From assembly GCF_001194135.2 (NCBI RefSeq), contig NC_068988.1:53212124-53276123 (forward strand): a stretch of DNA of 64,000 nt, given 5' to 3'. Origin of the DNA: Octopus bimaculoides. Taxonomy: Eukaryota. Position numbers and translations under genes: made by a program. The notes below the pieces were generated by a model. The model was not told where the DNA came from. It ran no database searches and was given only the letters and a program-made list of their open reading frames with translations. Shown here one piece after another: positions 36,452 to 48,870 of this stretch (its first letter is position 1; each line of letters begins with the position of its first letter).

Positions 36452-37281
36452 ATATGATGGATACCTCTTATGTGTTTAAATGTATACTGTATTTATATGA
36501 ATAATATATAGTCTATGGACTAAATTTTTACATACTAGGCCACTGGTAGTAGAAATTTCTAATATTTCTTATTACCCTTGATATTATTAAATATATATAT
36601 ATATATACAAGTTATAACACATGCAAATGCTCGCACACATAATAAGCAGAATATCCACTTAGGTGTAAGTGCCTTGAGGAATTTACTGCATGGAATGTGG
36701 GAATGTTCTGTTGTAGACGGCCACCTTTTACATGTAGCCCGTATTCAAAAGAACCAGTCACCTGATTCAGTGACAAGACAGAACAAAATGATCAGCTGAA
36801 TTTGTTCAGAGCTGAACATTCATGGAGTGATCTGGTGCTTATTCCCAAACAACTAAGCAAACTGACATGATGTTTTTTGTAAAGTCCTCTGACCAGACTC
36901 AAAAGGAAATGCCAGGAGCAGTTTTGAACTTGAAATCTGATGAGCAGTTAGATCAAAGACATCTTATCCATTCAGCCATCTCACCTCATCATATCTCCTC
37001 CTTTCTACATGCTTTGATTATTAATTAGTTTTTACTGTTTCTTTACTAAAGAAAGTACAATAGCTAGGTGGATAACATGAGGCATGTAACTCATGAGTTG
37101 TCAGCTTATAGCCTACTGCAGGTATTGTCTTCTTGAGCAAGCCATTTCACCCTTCTTGTTTGCTAATGAAGTTGTTAATGTTATTGTTTGAAAGTTGTTA
37201 CAATAAAACTTTTTCATTTGTAAAGTGTTTATATTTCCATATATTGATTAATTCTCCTTCTTCTGGGCAATGACATACAGG

Positions 37282-37611
37282 ATAAGGTCTCCCTTCGGTC
37301 ATGACTGACCATGGGATTACTACTAGAAAGTTACCCTCTGAGGCACAAGTCTGGGCAAAGTTGTTTATGGAAGACCAGCAGTCTCCCATGCATATCAGCC
37401 TTCCCTCTTCATGCCACTAGTGTTATCCAAGGGAGAGGCAAAGGGTGATACAGCTTGGCACCAGTGATGTCACAACTCATTTCTACAGCTTAGTGAACTG
37501 GAGCGACATTAAATAAAGTGTGTTGCTCAAGAACACAACACACAGCCTAGTCTGAGAATCGAACTCACTATCTCATGATTGTGAGTCCAACGTTCTAACC
37601 ACTGAGCCATG
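37282..37611 (-). mobile_element. tRNA-headed SINE family D
   Basis: minus-strand head CATGGCTCAGTGGTTAGAACG...GAGTTCGATTC; partial 3' copy at ~12747-12866. Confidence 0.7.
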
Positions 37612-38809
37612 ACACATAAAAGACAGTACATAATGAGAGGCACTGAGTTTTAGGTTTATAGGAGAAAAAATATAAAAACAAGCCAGTACATAACAAATCT
37701 ATATGTTATATAACTGGTTGTTAATATAGGGAGAATGTACAACTGACTTGTAACACTGTGGTGTGTTAACATCTTTGTGTACATTGTGTATTATGTAACA
37801 TACCTACATTGCTGTAACAATGATGTAACAATAATGTTATGTAACTGGCATGAAATACTGTAACTAGCCTTGAACATCTTTAACACTGAAGTGAATATCT
37901 GATTTGTAACATATAGTGGTATGTTTTGTGATTAATTTGTAATCTGTAACACTAGGCTTTTTTTTGTTTGAACCACCAACACTGGTGAGGTTACCATGCT
38001 GCTTACCAGACAATGAATCCCTTTGAAAATACTAACTACAATGCTATATATTTGATAGTATGTCATATGGTGTTGTGTGTTCTTTGCATTATATCTTCAT
38101 TTATCTGAGCTGATGGAAGTCCAGATTATTCAGGTCATTATATCTGTGAATATGCTGGAGTAATGTGTAACAAGCTTGTAACTCTGTGGTATGTTATGTA
38201 GTTAATGTTCAATACATGTGTGCTTTGCCAATCATTGCTACTTTACATAAACTTTATTTATCACTTACAGAAGAAGAAGCTAGGTATTATTTTAGCTGGT
38301 TGCTTGTTTATATTGAAGTTAACTGCAGCTTATCTTATAAGCCAATATATACAGCTGAATCTGGCTTATTTAATAAGCATCTGTACACTGTATTTATATA
38401 TCAAGTCAAAATCTACAAACTCTGGATATGCAGAAAAGGTGTAGGTTGGAATTTTATACTCTGCACTGGAACTAAACCATGTGTGCACAGAATGTGCAGT
38501 GGAATTATAGGCAGACTAATACAAGAAAGAACACTTTATATGTGGCAGATGCATAGAAATAGTTGGAAATAAAAGCACCAGGGAAATATTTTTTTTCTAG
38601 TGCTCAGAATGCTCCTTAGTGGTGGTTCCTAGCTTCTGTTATGGAGCTGCCCTAATCAACTGTGCAAGTGGGTGCTCTGAACTGAAAACATAAAAGCCAG
38701 ATTAAGAACAGAGTGGAGAAAGTTCAGGGAGTTATTACTTCTGCTGACAACAAAAGGATTTTCTCTTTCAGTGAAGAATAAATTCTACAATTGTGTACAA
38801 AATGTGTTG

Positions 38810-38998
38810 TGTGATATGAAGACATAAGCATTGGAGGCAGATGTTCAAAATCTGGAAAGCATTGAAGTGAGCATGTTTCACTGGATTTGTAACGTTGGAG
38901 TGCATGAACAATGAGGCACACAGGTGAATTTGAAAGGAAAGCTGGATGAAAAATAATCAGATGCCATGTGCAAGAGAAAAGACTGTTCTGGTACAGAC
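38810..38998 (+). pseudogene. old RTE RT C-terminal remnant
   Basis: translates to ...EVSMFHWICNVGVHEQ*...KLD...IRCHVQEKRLFW, homologous to the 20820-20970 frame. Confidence 0.65.
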
Positions 38999-39391
38999 TT
39001 GTAATCATCATCATCGCCGTTTAATGTCCACTTTTCCTTTCTAGCATGAATCTGAGGAGAATTTGTTGAAGGTATATCTTCTACAGTTGGATCTCTTTCC
39101 TGTTGTCAACCCTCACCTGTTGCCAAGCTAAGTTATGTTTGTCCATAGCGAGATGCATTTTTTTTTTTTCATAGAAGACTGTAAATATCATGTGATGTTA
39201 AGACAACCGGTGTTCGTTTGTTTACATCCATGTAACTTAGCGTTTCAGCAAAAGAAAGTGATATAATACATATACCAGACTTTAAAAAAAATAAGTACTG
39301 AAGTTGATTTGTTCAACTAAACCCTTCAAGGTGGTGCTCCAGCATGACTGCAAGTAAAAGAATTATCACCTAAATCCTAAANNNNNNNNNN

Positions 39392-39736
39392 CGCTTACGA
39401 CGTCGAGAGTTCCAGTTGATCCGATCAACAGAACAGCCTGCTCCTGAAATTAACGTGCAAGTGGCTGAGCACTCCACAGACACGTGTACCCTTAACGTAG
39501 TTCTCGGGGATATTCAGCGTGACAAGGCTGACCCTTAGAATTACAGGCACAACAGAAACAGGATGAAACAGTGAGAGAAAGTTGTGGTGAAAGAGTTCAG
39601 CAGGGTTCGCCACCATCCCCTGCCGGAGTCTCGTGGAACTTTAGGTGTTTTTCGCTCAATAAACACTCACAACGCCCGGTCTGGGAATCGAAACCACGAG
39701 TCCGCTGCCCTAACCACTGGGCCATTACGCCGCCAC
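39392..39736 (-). mobile_element. tRNA-headed SINE family E
   Basis: reverse complement of 40598-40941. Confidence 0.8.
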
Positions 39737-40159
39737 AATCTAACTATAAATGTAACAAATGAAGAAAGCAGTAAGTTATATAGCTGTAAGAAAGTCTAAT
39801 AGATACGCAGCATCCCAAATCTTTGTGAGATGTATGTAGTCAATTACATCGACCCCCTGTATTAAATCCGTGCTTCTTTTTCTGACCCCAAGAAAAAAAA
39901 AATAAATAAAAGTAACTTTGGTAGGATTTGAACTCCATGACAAAGGAACGTAATTAAATATCTCACAGACACGATTCAACCTCTGACTTACAGACGTACT
40001 GGTTCTACTCTTCACTTTTTCTACTACTACTCTAATAGCATCCACTCAGTCCCCACCCCGATTCACTCGTCACCCATATTGTTTCTCTCCATATCGCAGA
40101 CTAACCACAACGTTCATTCCTTCATTCTCAGAACGACATCGCTTCTGTCTTAAAACATG

Positions 40160-40278
40160 GGTACGCTGGGCAGTTGCCCAAGGGCCCCACGGGTCTAGAG
40201 GTCCAAATGTGACCTGTGTATGCTGTGGCTTGTTGTCAATAAATAAATACTATAGGGCTCAGTGCTACTAAGGCGGCT
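40160..40278 (-). mobile_element. hAT-like MITE fragment (related copy at 42357-42495, + strand)
   Basis: CAG(A/G)GC(C/G)G(C/T)CTTAG terminus and CTAGACCCGTG shared between copies. Confidence 0.4.
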
Positions 40279-40597
40279 CTGCATCCCTTTGGAACTCGCC
40301 TCCCTTGTTCATGTCTTTCCTGCAGATCTCGACTTAGAACATTTCAAGCAGAACGTTGGTTAAATACGAACGTTCTTCTTAAATTCTCGGTGATCTGGGG
40401 AGGCCTTGGTCACTTCCCCTGCCTACAGTCCCAGTAAGTAAAATATTAAAAAAGGAAAAAGAAATATCACGTGACATTTTAATCCCACATTCAACCGTTT
40501 TTTGACGTCCCATCGCCCGGTTTAACACCACCGTCTGAATGCTTTAGAAGGGTCCACTTTGTTCCAGATATTTTGTCAGTGTCCTTATTTCAAGGTT

Positions 40598-40941
40598 GTG
40601 GAGGCGCAATGGCCCAGTGGTTAGGGCAGCAGACTCGCGGTTTCGATTCCCAGACCGGGCGTTGTGAGTGTTTATTGAGCGAAAACACCCAAAAGCTCCA
40701 CGAGGCTCCGGCAGGGGATGGTGGCGAACCCTGCTGTACTCTTTCACCACTACTTTCTCTCATTCTTACTTCCTGTTTCTGTTATGCCTGTAATTCAAAG
40801 GGTCAGCCTTGTCACACTGTGTCACGCTGAATATCCCCGAGAACTACGTTACGGGTACACGTGTCTGTGGAGCGCTCAGCCACTTGCACGTTAATTTCAC
40901 GAGTAGGCTGTTCCGTTGATCGGATCAACTGGAACCCTCGA
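40598..40941 (+). mobile_element. SINE family E
   Basis: GGCCCAGTGGTTAGG A-box, GTTTCGATTCCC B-box, tail GATCGGATCAACTGGAACCCTCG. Confidence 0.8.
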
Positions 40942-42119
40942 CTAACCCGATATACTGATGTGTTGCCTACCTGAATTCTGGTTTCTTCTCTTTATTCCCA
41001 CACCAACGAAATGAGACATATAAAACACTTCAGAGACCCTGCAAAATGTCATGGGTACACTTTTTTTTTTACCATTGATTAAAAACAAAACGATATCCTT
41101 TTTCCTGTTTTCAAACTCAACTTTCTCCTTTCTCTCTTCATCGATTTGATGGAGACTAAGGATATAATATACCCCAACCACCACCACCATCATCCCCGTT
41201 GCTATTTCATGATACCTATAGAGAGTTGGTATCAGCTGACATAGCTTGGTTCAGGTAATGTTTAAAATAAACAACATATCTCAATTTTATTGGTTGGAAA
41301 ATATCCTATGGTTGAAAGTTCTTTGATGCCATCTCACTGGTTGGTCAGCGCAAAACATCAGGTTAGCGATTCGCCGATCGCAGCAAGCCAACCACTGGAT
41401 AATATTTCTCTTACCGGCATTTACTTCCTTCACTGCATTCCTAACATTATTGGAATTTTGCTACAGAAGCTGTCATGGAGATCGCCATGGAAACCCAACG
41501 TCACATTCCCGGGAAACCAATCAAATGCCTTGCTAAGTCTCGGTTGATAACGACAAGTCCTGTCACTTAATTTATGGAAAGTGATGCTTTCCTGATTATG
41601 CTGTTAAGCATGATCTTATGTAAGTAAGTATGTACATGCGCGTGCATATATATATATATATATATATATGCATGCAATTATGAATGCATATGTCTGAAAA
41701 CGTTCTGTTGCATATATATGTATATTTGTATGTGTGTGTGTGTGTGCATCCATACAACGTTCGGCGTATGTGGATAAAGGTAGGAACAAGATGATCGCTA
41801 AAAATAGCAGTCAAAACTCCAAGCTCCCTCAAATCGCATCCCACCTTAAAAATGAAAGGATGCAGTACACAGTATAGTAGTCGCTAATATGAATAAAACG
41901 ACGGGAGAGCCACGGCTGGAAGGCCTTTTATCATAGCTTCACTAGAGGCCTAGTCACAACAACAACTATTACTACTACTACTACTACTAACCGAACATTG
42001 AAAATTATATCGCGCTTGCGTCATGTAGTTGCAATTACGTACCTCCATGGGACCAATTGTGGGATATCTAGGGATTCGTTTATCGTTCAATCCGTAACAG
42101 TTCTTCCTGTGCTCTCAAA

Positions 42120-42335
42120 TGCATTGGACAACAAGTTGATGCCACTGGCCCCTCTTGGCTGAGGGTTTTCTCTGCACCTGGCCATATAATATCAACTTTT
42201 CTCGTGTCCCGTTATGAATGTTATGCGCCCTGTAGTTTTCGTTCTTCCGCTCTTCCTTATTCCCTTCCGCTGGTGTCCATTTGAAAGCTGTTTTAGAATG
42301 GCGTTGTTCTGGTGACTGGAATATGTGACCTCACC
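42120..42335 (-). pseudogene. degraded RTE/RTE-X-like RT C-terminus
   Basis: W*GHIFQ...KTAFKWTPAEGNK...QWHQLV resembles WLGH...AL.WTP.G.R...W..LV. Confidence 0.5.
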
Positions 42336-43004
42336 ACACATTATTTGTACATTTAGCAGGGCGGTCTTAGCAATATCATAGGCCCCTATGAAAATCAATA
42401 TAATGGGACCTATAGCATCTATACATTGACACTTAGATACTTAGATCAAAATTGGGCCGCTAGACCCGTGTGGTCCCTGGGAAAATCCCCGGTGTACTCG
42501 GGGGGAAAAAAACCTCAATGTTGCACAATCTCATTTCTGTTTGAAAAAATAAGAACTTTGTGGATTATCAAAGCCAATTGGAGGAATCATTAAAGTGTAG
42601 AGCCTCGAAGTTTTTATTCCGACTATCTGTGCTCTAAGTTCAAATCAAGCCGAGATCAACTGTGCCTTTTTTTCCTTTCGGTTCGATAAGAAAATAAAAA
42701 GTACCATTCCAAGGTAGATTAGCGAAACTGTAAGAACATCATGGTCTACTCAGGAGGTAAACTTATCTCATCGCCCATTTTCATGACACCACCTAGCACT
42801 TTAAATACCTTCAGTGGAATCCATTGTATTACAAGAATTCAAGCCAGGTCTCCGCTTTCAGGATGCCTTCCTTCGCTTCTTCAGTCAGTCTTGGGGCCCT
42901 GCAACGGGTTTTAAGCACTGCCTCCCCTCCTGGCAAAGGACAAAAAATAATCAAAAGGTGTATGTATGCATGTATTTTAATTGTATTATTTGGTTCGGTG
43001 GAAG

Positions 43005-43677
43005 GCGGTGAGCTAGCAAAATCGTTAGCAAACCGGACAAAATGCTTGCAGAGTTTCGTCCGTCTTTATAGTCTGAGTTCAAATTCCGTCAAGGGTCAAA
43101 TTTAACTTTCATCCTTTCCGAGTCGATAAAATAAGTACCTGTGAAGTACTGGAATCGATATAATCGACTAGCCCTATCACCTCAAAAAAACAAAAACAAA
43201 AAAAAGAATGCTGGTCTTGTGCCAAAATTTGAAACCATTATTTAGTGGATTGGTGGAATCGTTAGATTCATCGAGAAAAATTCTATGTGGTATTTACGTT
43301 CTCAGTTCTAATCCATCGCGTCGAAGACAGCTTTGCTTTCATCCCTCCGGGGGTCGATAAAATAAAGTACCAATCAGTTACTAGGATATCGACTAAACCT
43401 CTTCAAAATTGCAGGTCTTGTTCCTAGACTAGAAAGAATTGTTATTCAATATTTAGTAAACATAAGACGGTGAGTTGGCAGAAACGTTAGCACACCGGGC
43501 GAAATGCTTAGCGGTATTTCGTCTGTCTTTACGTTTTGAGTTCAAATTCCACCGAGATCGACATTGTCTTTCATCCTTTCGGAGTCGATAAAGTACCAGT
43601 TGCGTACTGGGGTCGATTACATCGACTGGCCCCTCCCCCAAAATTTCGGGCTTTGTGCCTGGAGTAGAAAAGAATAT
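43005..43677 (+). mobile_element. three tandem SINE family A copies
   Basis: consensus match; 43468-43677 is close to consensus. Confidence 0.75.
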
Positions 43678-43947
43678 TTAGTAAACATCTTGTAGACTCT
43701 GCGATCACAACAATTTGGGGACCATCCGACAGCATCGCTCCTTCTAGCTGTACTGGGCAGTATTCATGCTACCAAGAAATGCCCTGGTTCTATTCGCCCA
43801 CACTGTAGAACGCTTTGAACTTCCATTGTCCTTACAACAACCACATCAAAACGACTGCAGTTGCGACCACTCCAAATCATACAGCAGCTATTCTTGTTTC
43901 ACTTCTAGCTGAGAATTTGTTCTTTGCACAAAGACTCGCGCGCGCGC

Positions 43948-43981
<34 letters not shown>

Positions 43982-44433
43982 NNNNNNNNNNNNNNNNNNN
44001 NNNNNNNNNNNNNNNNNNNNNNNNNNNNNNNNNNNNNNNNNNNNNNNNNNNNNNNNNNNNNNNNNNNNNNNNNNNNNNNNNNNNNNNNNNNNNNNNNNNN
44101 NNNNNNNNNNNNNNNNNNNNNNNNNNNNNNNNNNNNNNNNNNNNNNNNNNNNNNNNNNNNNNNNNNNNNNNNNNNNNNNNNNNNNNNNNNNNNNNNNNNN
44201 NNNNNNNNNNNNNNNNNNNNNNNNNNNNNNNNNNNNNNNNNNNNNNNNNNNNNNNNNNNNNNNNNNNNNNNNNNNNNNNNNNNNNNNNNNNNNNNNNNNN
44301 NNNNNNNNNNNNNNNNNNNNNNNNNNNNNNNCAAACGTGAAAATTAAGAGTAAATAATACTAATAATAAACCTTTCTACTAAAAGCACAATAATCCTTTC
44401 TTCTGAAGGCATAATAATAATAATAATAATAAT

Positions 44434-44805
44434 AATAAGAGCGCTCAGAACGCAAACCTCCACCAAAGCAACACCAATGTCCTCTCAACGATTAGCCAGA
44501 GATGATTTTTAAAACGAGAATATCTGAAATAAACTCGACTGCTCTCACAAACGAGAATACTAAATATGAATCCGACCGTTCTCAAAAATTAAGTAAAAAA
44601 AAAAAAAATCGGAAAAATAATCCAGAATCCTTGTCCGGTACTGGATCGATCCCAAAATCTGATCAGTTCGTGCCAGTCACGAAGCCAAACATCTCTGAAA
44701 GTTTCATCCGAATCCATCCAGCGGATCTTGAGATAATTTGTCCACGGTCAAACAAACAATCGCGACTGAAAACAATACCTTCGCCAAAGCGAAGGTGGAG
44801 GTAAT
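44434..44805. mobile_element. Helentron/HINE-like non-autonomous element (family G)
   Basis: Inverted ACCTCCACC at both ends and an 8-bp terminal hairpin at 44777-44796; second copy at 51831-52200. Confidence 0.5.
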
Positions 44806-44859
44806 AATCAACAGCAAACCATCAGTGGCTGAGAAGTTCAGGACTGAGAGCAGAGACTG

Positions 44860-45620
44860 AAGGTTCCATATTGGCAGCACAAGATCAAAGCTTGCTTACC
44901 AGAAACTATCAGGCTAACGTTCTTCAAAACTGTATTAACCGTAAATGCAGATTCTGCGACATATTTGACGAACCAATAGACCATCTCGTTTCGAATAACC
45001 TGTGCTGACGCCAAACAAATACGAAAATCACCACGATAGGGTAGGACAGTACTTACATTGGAAAATATGTAAACTCTACAAAATCGGTGCGCTTGTTTAC
45101 TGGTATGAACACCATCCTGAGCTAGCCGTTGAAGGTAAAAATGTCACTATCCTCTGGGATTTTCCAATCAACACCTACAGAATGACCCAGGCTAAGCGCG
45201 ACCAGACATGGTTACTGAAGACAGGGAAGAAAATACTTGTAGACTAATGGCTGTAAGTGTTCCCACTGACAAAAAATATATCTGTAAAGGAATATAAAAA
45301 ACTTAGTTCTTGATATTGTAGGTGTCCTAGATATGATAAAAAAAAGGCGGAGGGTATCAAAAACATCTAGACAACAATGTCTAAGAGAAATCTAAAAGAT
45401 TGTGCTGATAAATACTGCCCACATCCTTAGAAAAACTTTATCAATTCTGTTTGTATTACATGGAGATATTTCGCTACTGCCCCCTGCCATTTTACTTCCC
45501 CAAGCTTTCAGTTATACTGTTACATAGCTTACTCTTCATTTTCTCTATGGCGCTAGGCGTGTCTCGGCAAGTGATTGCAACAAACATGCAGATTAAAATT
45601 AAATAACGGTAATAATAATA
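44860..45620 (+). mobile_element. degraded RLE-type non-LTR fragment (CCHC plus endonuclease, TAA tail)
   Basis: CRFC...HLV..., HDRVGQYLHWKIC, WYEH.P...ILWDFPI; frameshifts. Confidence 0.75.
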
Positions 45621-45902
45621 TATCTTTTAAATGGCCAAATTACCAATTAATATCACACCATAAGCTGAGAAGCAGCTCCAACAATCATCAGGAATGACTG
45701 GAAAAAATAACATGGCGTGAGGTTTTTGTCACTTGTAACTTGAAGATATCACGTCTGGTTTGTGGGTTGTTGCGGTTATTGTAAAACCCGAAACGAACCA
45801 CAAATTCTTGTTAATATCCAAGGGAGGAAGAATGTCATAATTCTAGCGCGACATGTATTGACATTGAAAGAAAACTCTGCGCATTACATCAAATGGAGAA
45901 TA

Positions 45903-46251
45903 TTGGAAGTTGAGGGTGGAGAGGGAAGTGTTGCTTTGTAGCAAGTTTGTTGAAAGGTGGGTGAATGTTAGAAGAATGGCCAGTGTGAAAGGACCAATTC
46001 TGAGCGTGCACCTGTGAAAAAATTAAAGGAGAAGGGCTCTTGCCCTGCTGATCAGGTACTCGTGGCTTTTCTGGGTTTTTTCCGTGAGGACCTCAAAGCG
46101 CTTCCCTAATTAGAAATTTTAATTTGTTTAATTTTTTATTGTTATGCTGTTTACACGCGGAAAACCCATTGTATCGTCCCGTTTATGTCTTTTATGTTGT
46201 TGCATGCCATTTAATGTTATTGTATGTGAACCCTTGTGGCTAATAAAAGAA
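45903..46251 (+). mobile_element. L1/Tx1-like LINE 3' end (ORF2 C-terminus plus UTR)
   Basis: RVEREVLLCSKFVERWVNVRRMASVKGPILSVHL*, then a T-rich UTR ending CCCTTGTGGCTAATAAAAGAA; clade assignment is inferred. Confidence 0.55.
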
Positions 46252-46446
46252 TCATTAGCATGCTGGACGAAATGCTTAGCGGTATTTCGCCCATCACTAT
46301 GTTCTGAGTTCAAATTCTGGCGAGTTCGACTTTGCCTTTCATCCTTTCGGGGTCGATAAAATAAGTAGCAGTTACGCACTGGGGTCGATGTAATCGACTT
46401 GCACCCCCTCAAAATTTCAGGCCTTGAGCCTATAGTAGAAAGGATT
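46252..46446 (+). mobile_element. SINE family A lacking its first ~16 nt
   Basis: starts at TCATTAGC, directly after a LINE tail. Confidence 0.75.
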
Positions 46447-47194
46447 ACTATTATTATTATTATTTCATTACTGATACTTTCTGCTAGTCACAGCTCTTGA
46501 CAAAAATTAAATGCCATTGTTCTTTTATTCCAGTGGCAGGTGTTTAGATTTGAACCCTGAGCACGTAGAGCTGGAAGAGATACTACAACGCATTCTATCC
46601 GATGCTCCCAATGACTCTGCCAATTTGCATTCACCCCCACCTACACACATATCAAACGAGAAAGAGAAGTAGTTAAGAGGCAGTTTAGGAAATTGTCACA
46701 TGAACAGAGGTGTATTTACCAGATAATAATTATTGTCCTTCAGTGCACAAACTTACAGTTCCACATTACGTATTTAATTTCTCCAATAAATTTGACTATT
46801 ATCAACGCAATTAATTCATTTAGGTTCGGTTGTTATCATTAAAATATACTCTTTGACCATACAAGGAGAACCCCAGTCACTAGCTATAGAGATAATGTGA
46901 CAACACTTCTACATACTAGTTTTGTGTCAACTAATTGATATTGCAATACACATTCCATCCGGGTTAAGTAATTTGATGTGCTTCCATATTATAAAAGAAA
47001 TTTAGCAAATTTCCTGGAACAAATTTCAGAGACATGCACAAAAAAAGGCCATTCCCAAGGAATATTATGCTGGGAATATATCGACAAATTTTATATTCGT
47101 GTTTTCCGTACAAGGGGTTCCCTGTTCTATTATTCTGCTACTAGTTTCAGCCCGAGGCAATGGCTATGCTGGGACTTTGAAATGTTCTCCAACC

Positions 47195-47422
47195 ATAATT
47201 CTTTCTACTTATGGCTCAAGGTCAGAAATTTTGAGGGGAGAAAGCAAGTCGGTTACTTCGACTCCAGTGCTTGACTACTATTTATTTTATCGACCACGAA
47301 AGGATGAAAGGCAAAGTCGACCCCGGCAGCATTTGAACCTAGAACACAAAGGTGAACGAAATGTTGCTAAAAATTTTGTCCAAACGAAATACTGCTCAGA
47401 ATTTTGTCCGGCGTGCCAACGA
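47195..47422 (-). mobile_element. SINE family A lacking its first ~16 nt
   Basis: reverse-complement consensus, with a short internal duplication in the head. Confidence 0.7.
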
Positions 47423-47610
47423 TTCTTATTTCTTTATTGCCCACAAGGGGCTAAACAGAGGAGACAAACAAAGACAGACAAAGGGATTAAGTCGATTACA
47501 TCGACCCCAGTGCATAACTGGTACTTAATTTATCGACCCCGAAAGGATGAAAGGCAAAGTCGACCTCGGCCGAATTTTGAACTCAGAACGTAACGGCAGA
47601 CGAAATACCG
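47423..47610 (-). mobile_element. SINE family A variant with an alternative 3' tail (…CCCCTTGTGGGCAATAAAGAAATAAGAA)
   Basis: family A core followed by a different tail; head truncated at CGGTATTTCG. Confidence 0.75.
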
Positions 47611-48870
47611 ATTTCTTTATTACCCATAAAGGGCTATACAAAGAATTTTTAAGACATCACAAAACAAAGACAGTACAAAACGCAAACATAAAATCGGGGT
47701 AATTAAAATAAAATGATAATATGCAAGAATGAAAAAAATGAGGCGCAATGTCCACTCGATCCCCGAAGTCGGGTGGTTACATTTATCCAGTTTTTCACTT
47801 TTACGTTCAACGTCATCTAAACATTTTAACGGTTTTGTAACTTTAAAAATTCAAACACTCGCGTTACCTTTCTCCCATTAACCACTGTTACTTCCGTCCT
47901 TATCAACTGCAAATAATCAGTTCTAGGGGGTGGTGTCTCCATCAACCATACCCATTTCGTTATTATATTTTCACCAAGTTCTTTTATGTACTCCCAGTAG
48001 TTTTCCTCATGTATCAAAATGCATTTCTCAGCACATTTCTCTGGCATCTTCACTCTTTTTATTTCCTCCAGCCTCTCGACTTTTCTCTCCATCTGCTCGC
48101 AATTCTCGTACTTTATCAAAACCCCCTTGTATTTCACATCTTTATCCGTTCTCTCCTCCTCTTCTTGTACATTATTAGTTTCTGGCTTTTCTATCTTTTT
48201 TATGTTTTCTGTTGACCGTTCCTTTGACTTATTTTTCTTTCACTTTTTAGGGTTAGTAGCTCCATTTTCGTTCTCCTTTGTTTTCTCTGTTTCACACTTC
48301 TGTCTCTCTTTCATTTCCTCAGTGTTGTCTACAATGTTTTCCTCCTCTGTTTGTGCTTTCTCTTGCTGTGGCTGCGTGAACTCATATAGGGGGCATAACC
48401 TCTTTCCCCGCATATGTCGCAATTTGGTTTCCTTCCCTCGACTACAACATTTAATATTCTCTCATCCGCCACTTCTATCTGGTAGGGAATTCTTTCTATG
48501 TCCTCGAATGTGGAAAAAGCCACATTTCGAGTCCAAATCCCCACCATTTGCGCACTTTTGATTTCGCCACTGGTCCCAATTTCGGCTCCTCCTTGGTTGC
48601 AGCCAGCACTGTTGCAACCAACCACTCTGGTTTAATTTCTGGTGTAACTCTGGGAATACGTATTTTCACACTTCTTCCTCTATAACTTGGTAGAAATGCT
48701 ATTTTTCCACTTAAAATGTTGGTCGCATGCTTGGTTGCCTCTTCTATAGTGGCGAACCTCACCTCTACCGTACCGAACTTCTTCTGTTGATGTACGTGGC
48801 TTCATTCACAATTTCACCCAGGTACTCCTCGATTTCCTCTTCCGTCACCATTTCAATTTTACAGGTTTCG
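47611..48870 (-). mobile_element. ORF1-like (RRM-like plus CCHC knuckle) retroelement, pseudogenised; 5' end in gap
   Basis: KFGTVEVRF, GRKPNCDICGERG/HMR.K.LC (frameshifted), K/E-rich C-terminus, stop at 47826, tail GCCCTTTATGGGTAATAAAGAAAT. Confidence 0.7.

Noticed and set aside
38186-38572. 128-aa AT-rich ORF
   Set aside because: No recognisable motif, TTG start, no supporting splice structure.
40598-40670. tRNA-like heads of SINE B, D and E as tRNA genes
   Set aside because: A/B boxes are present but there is no full cloverleaf, and each continues into a SINE body.
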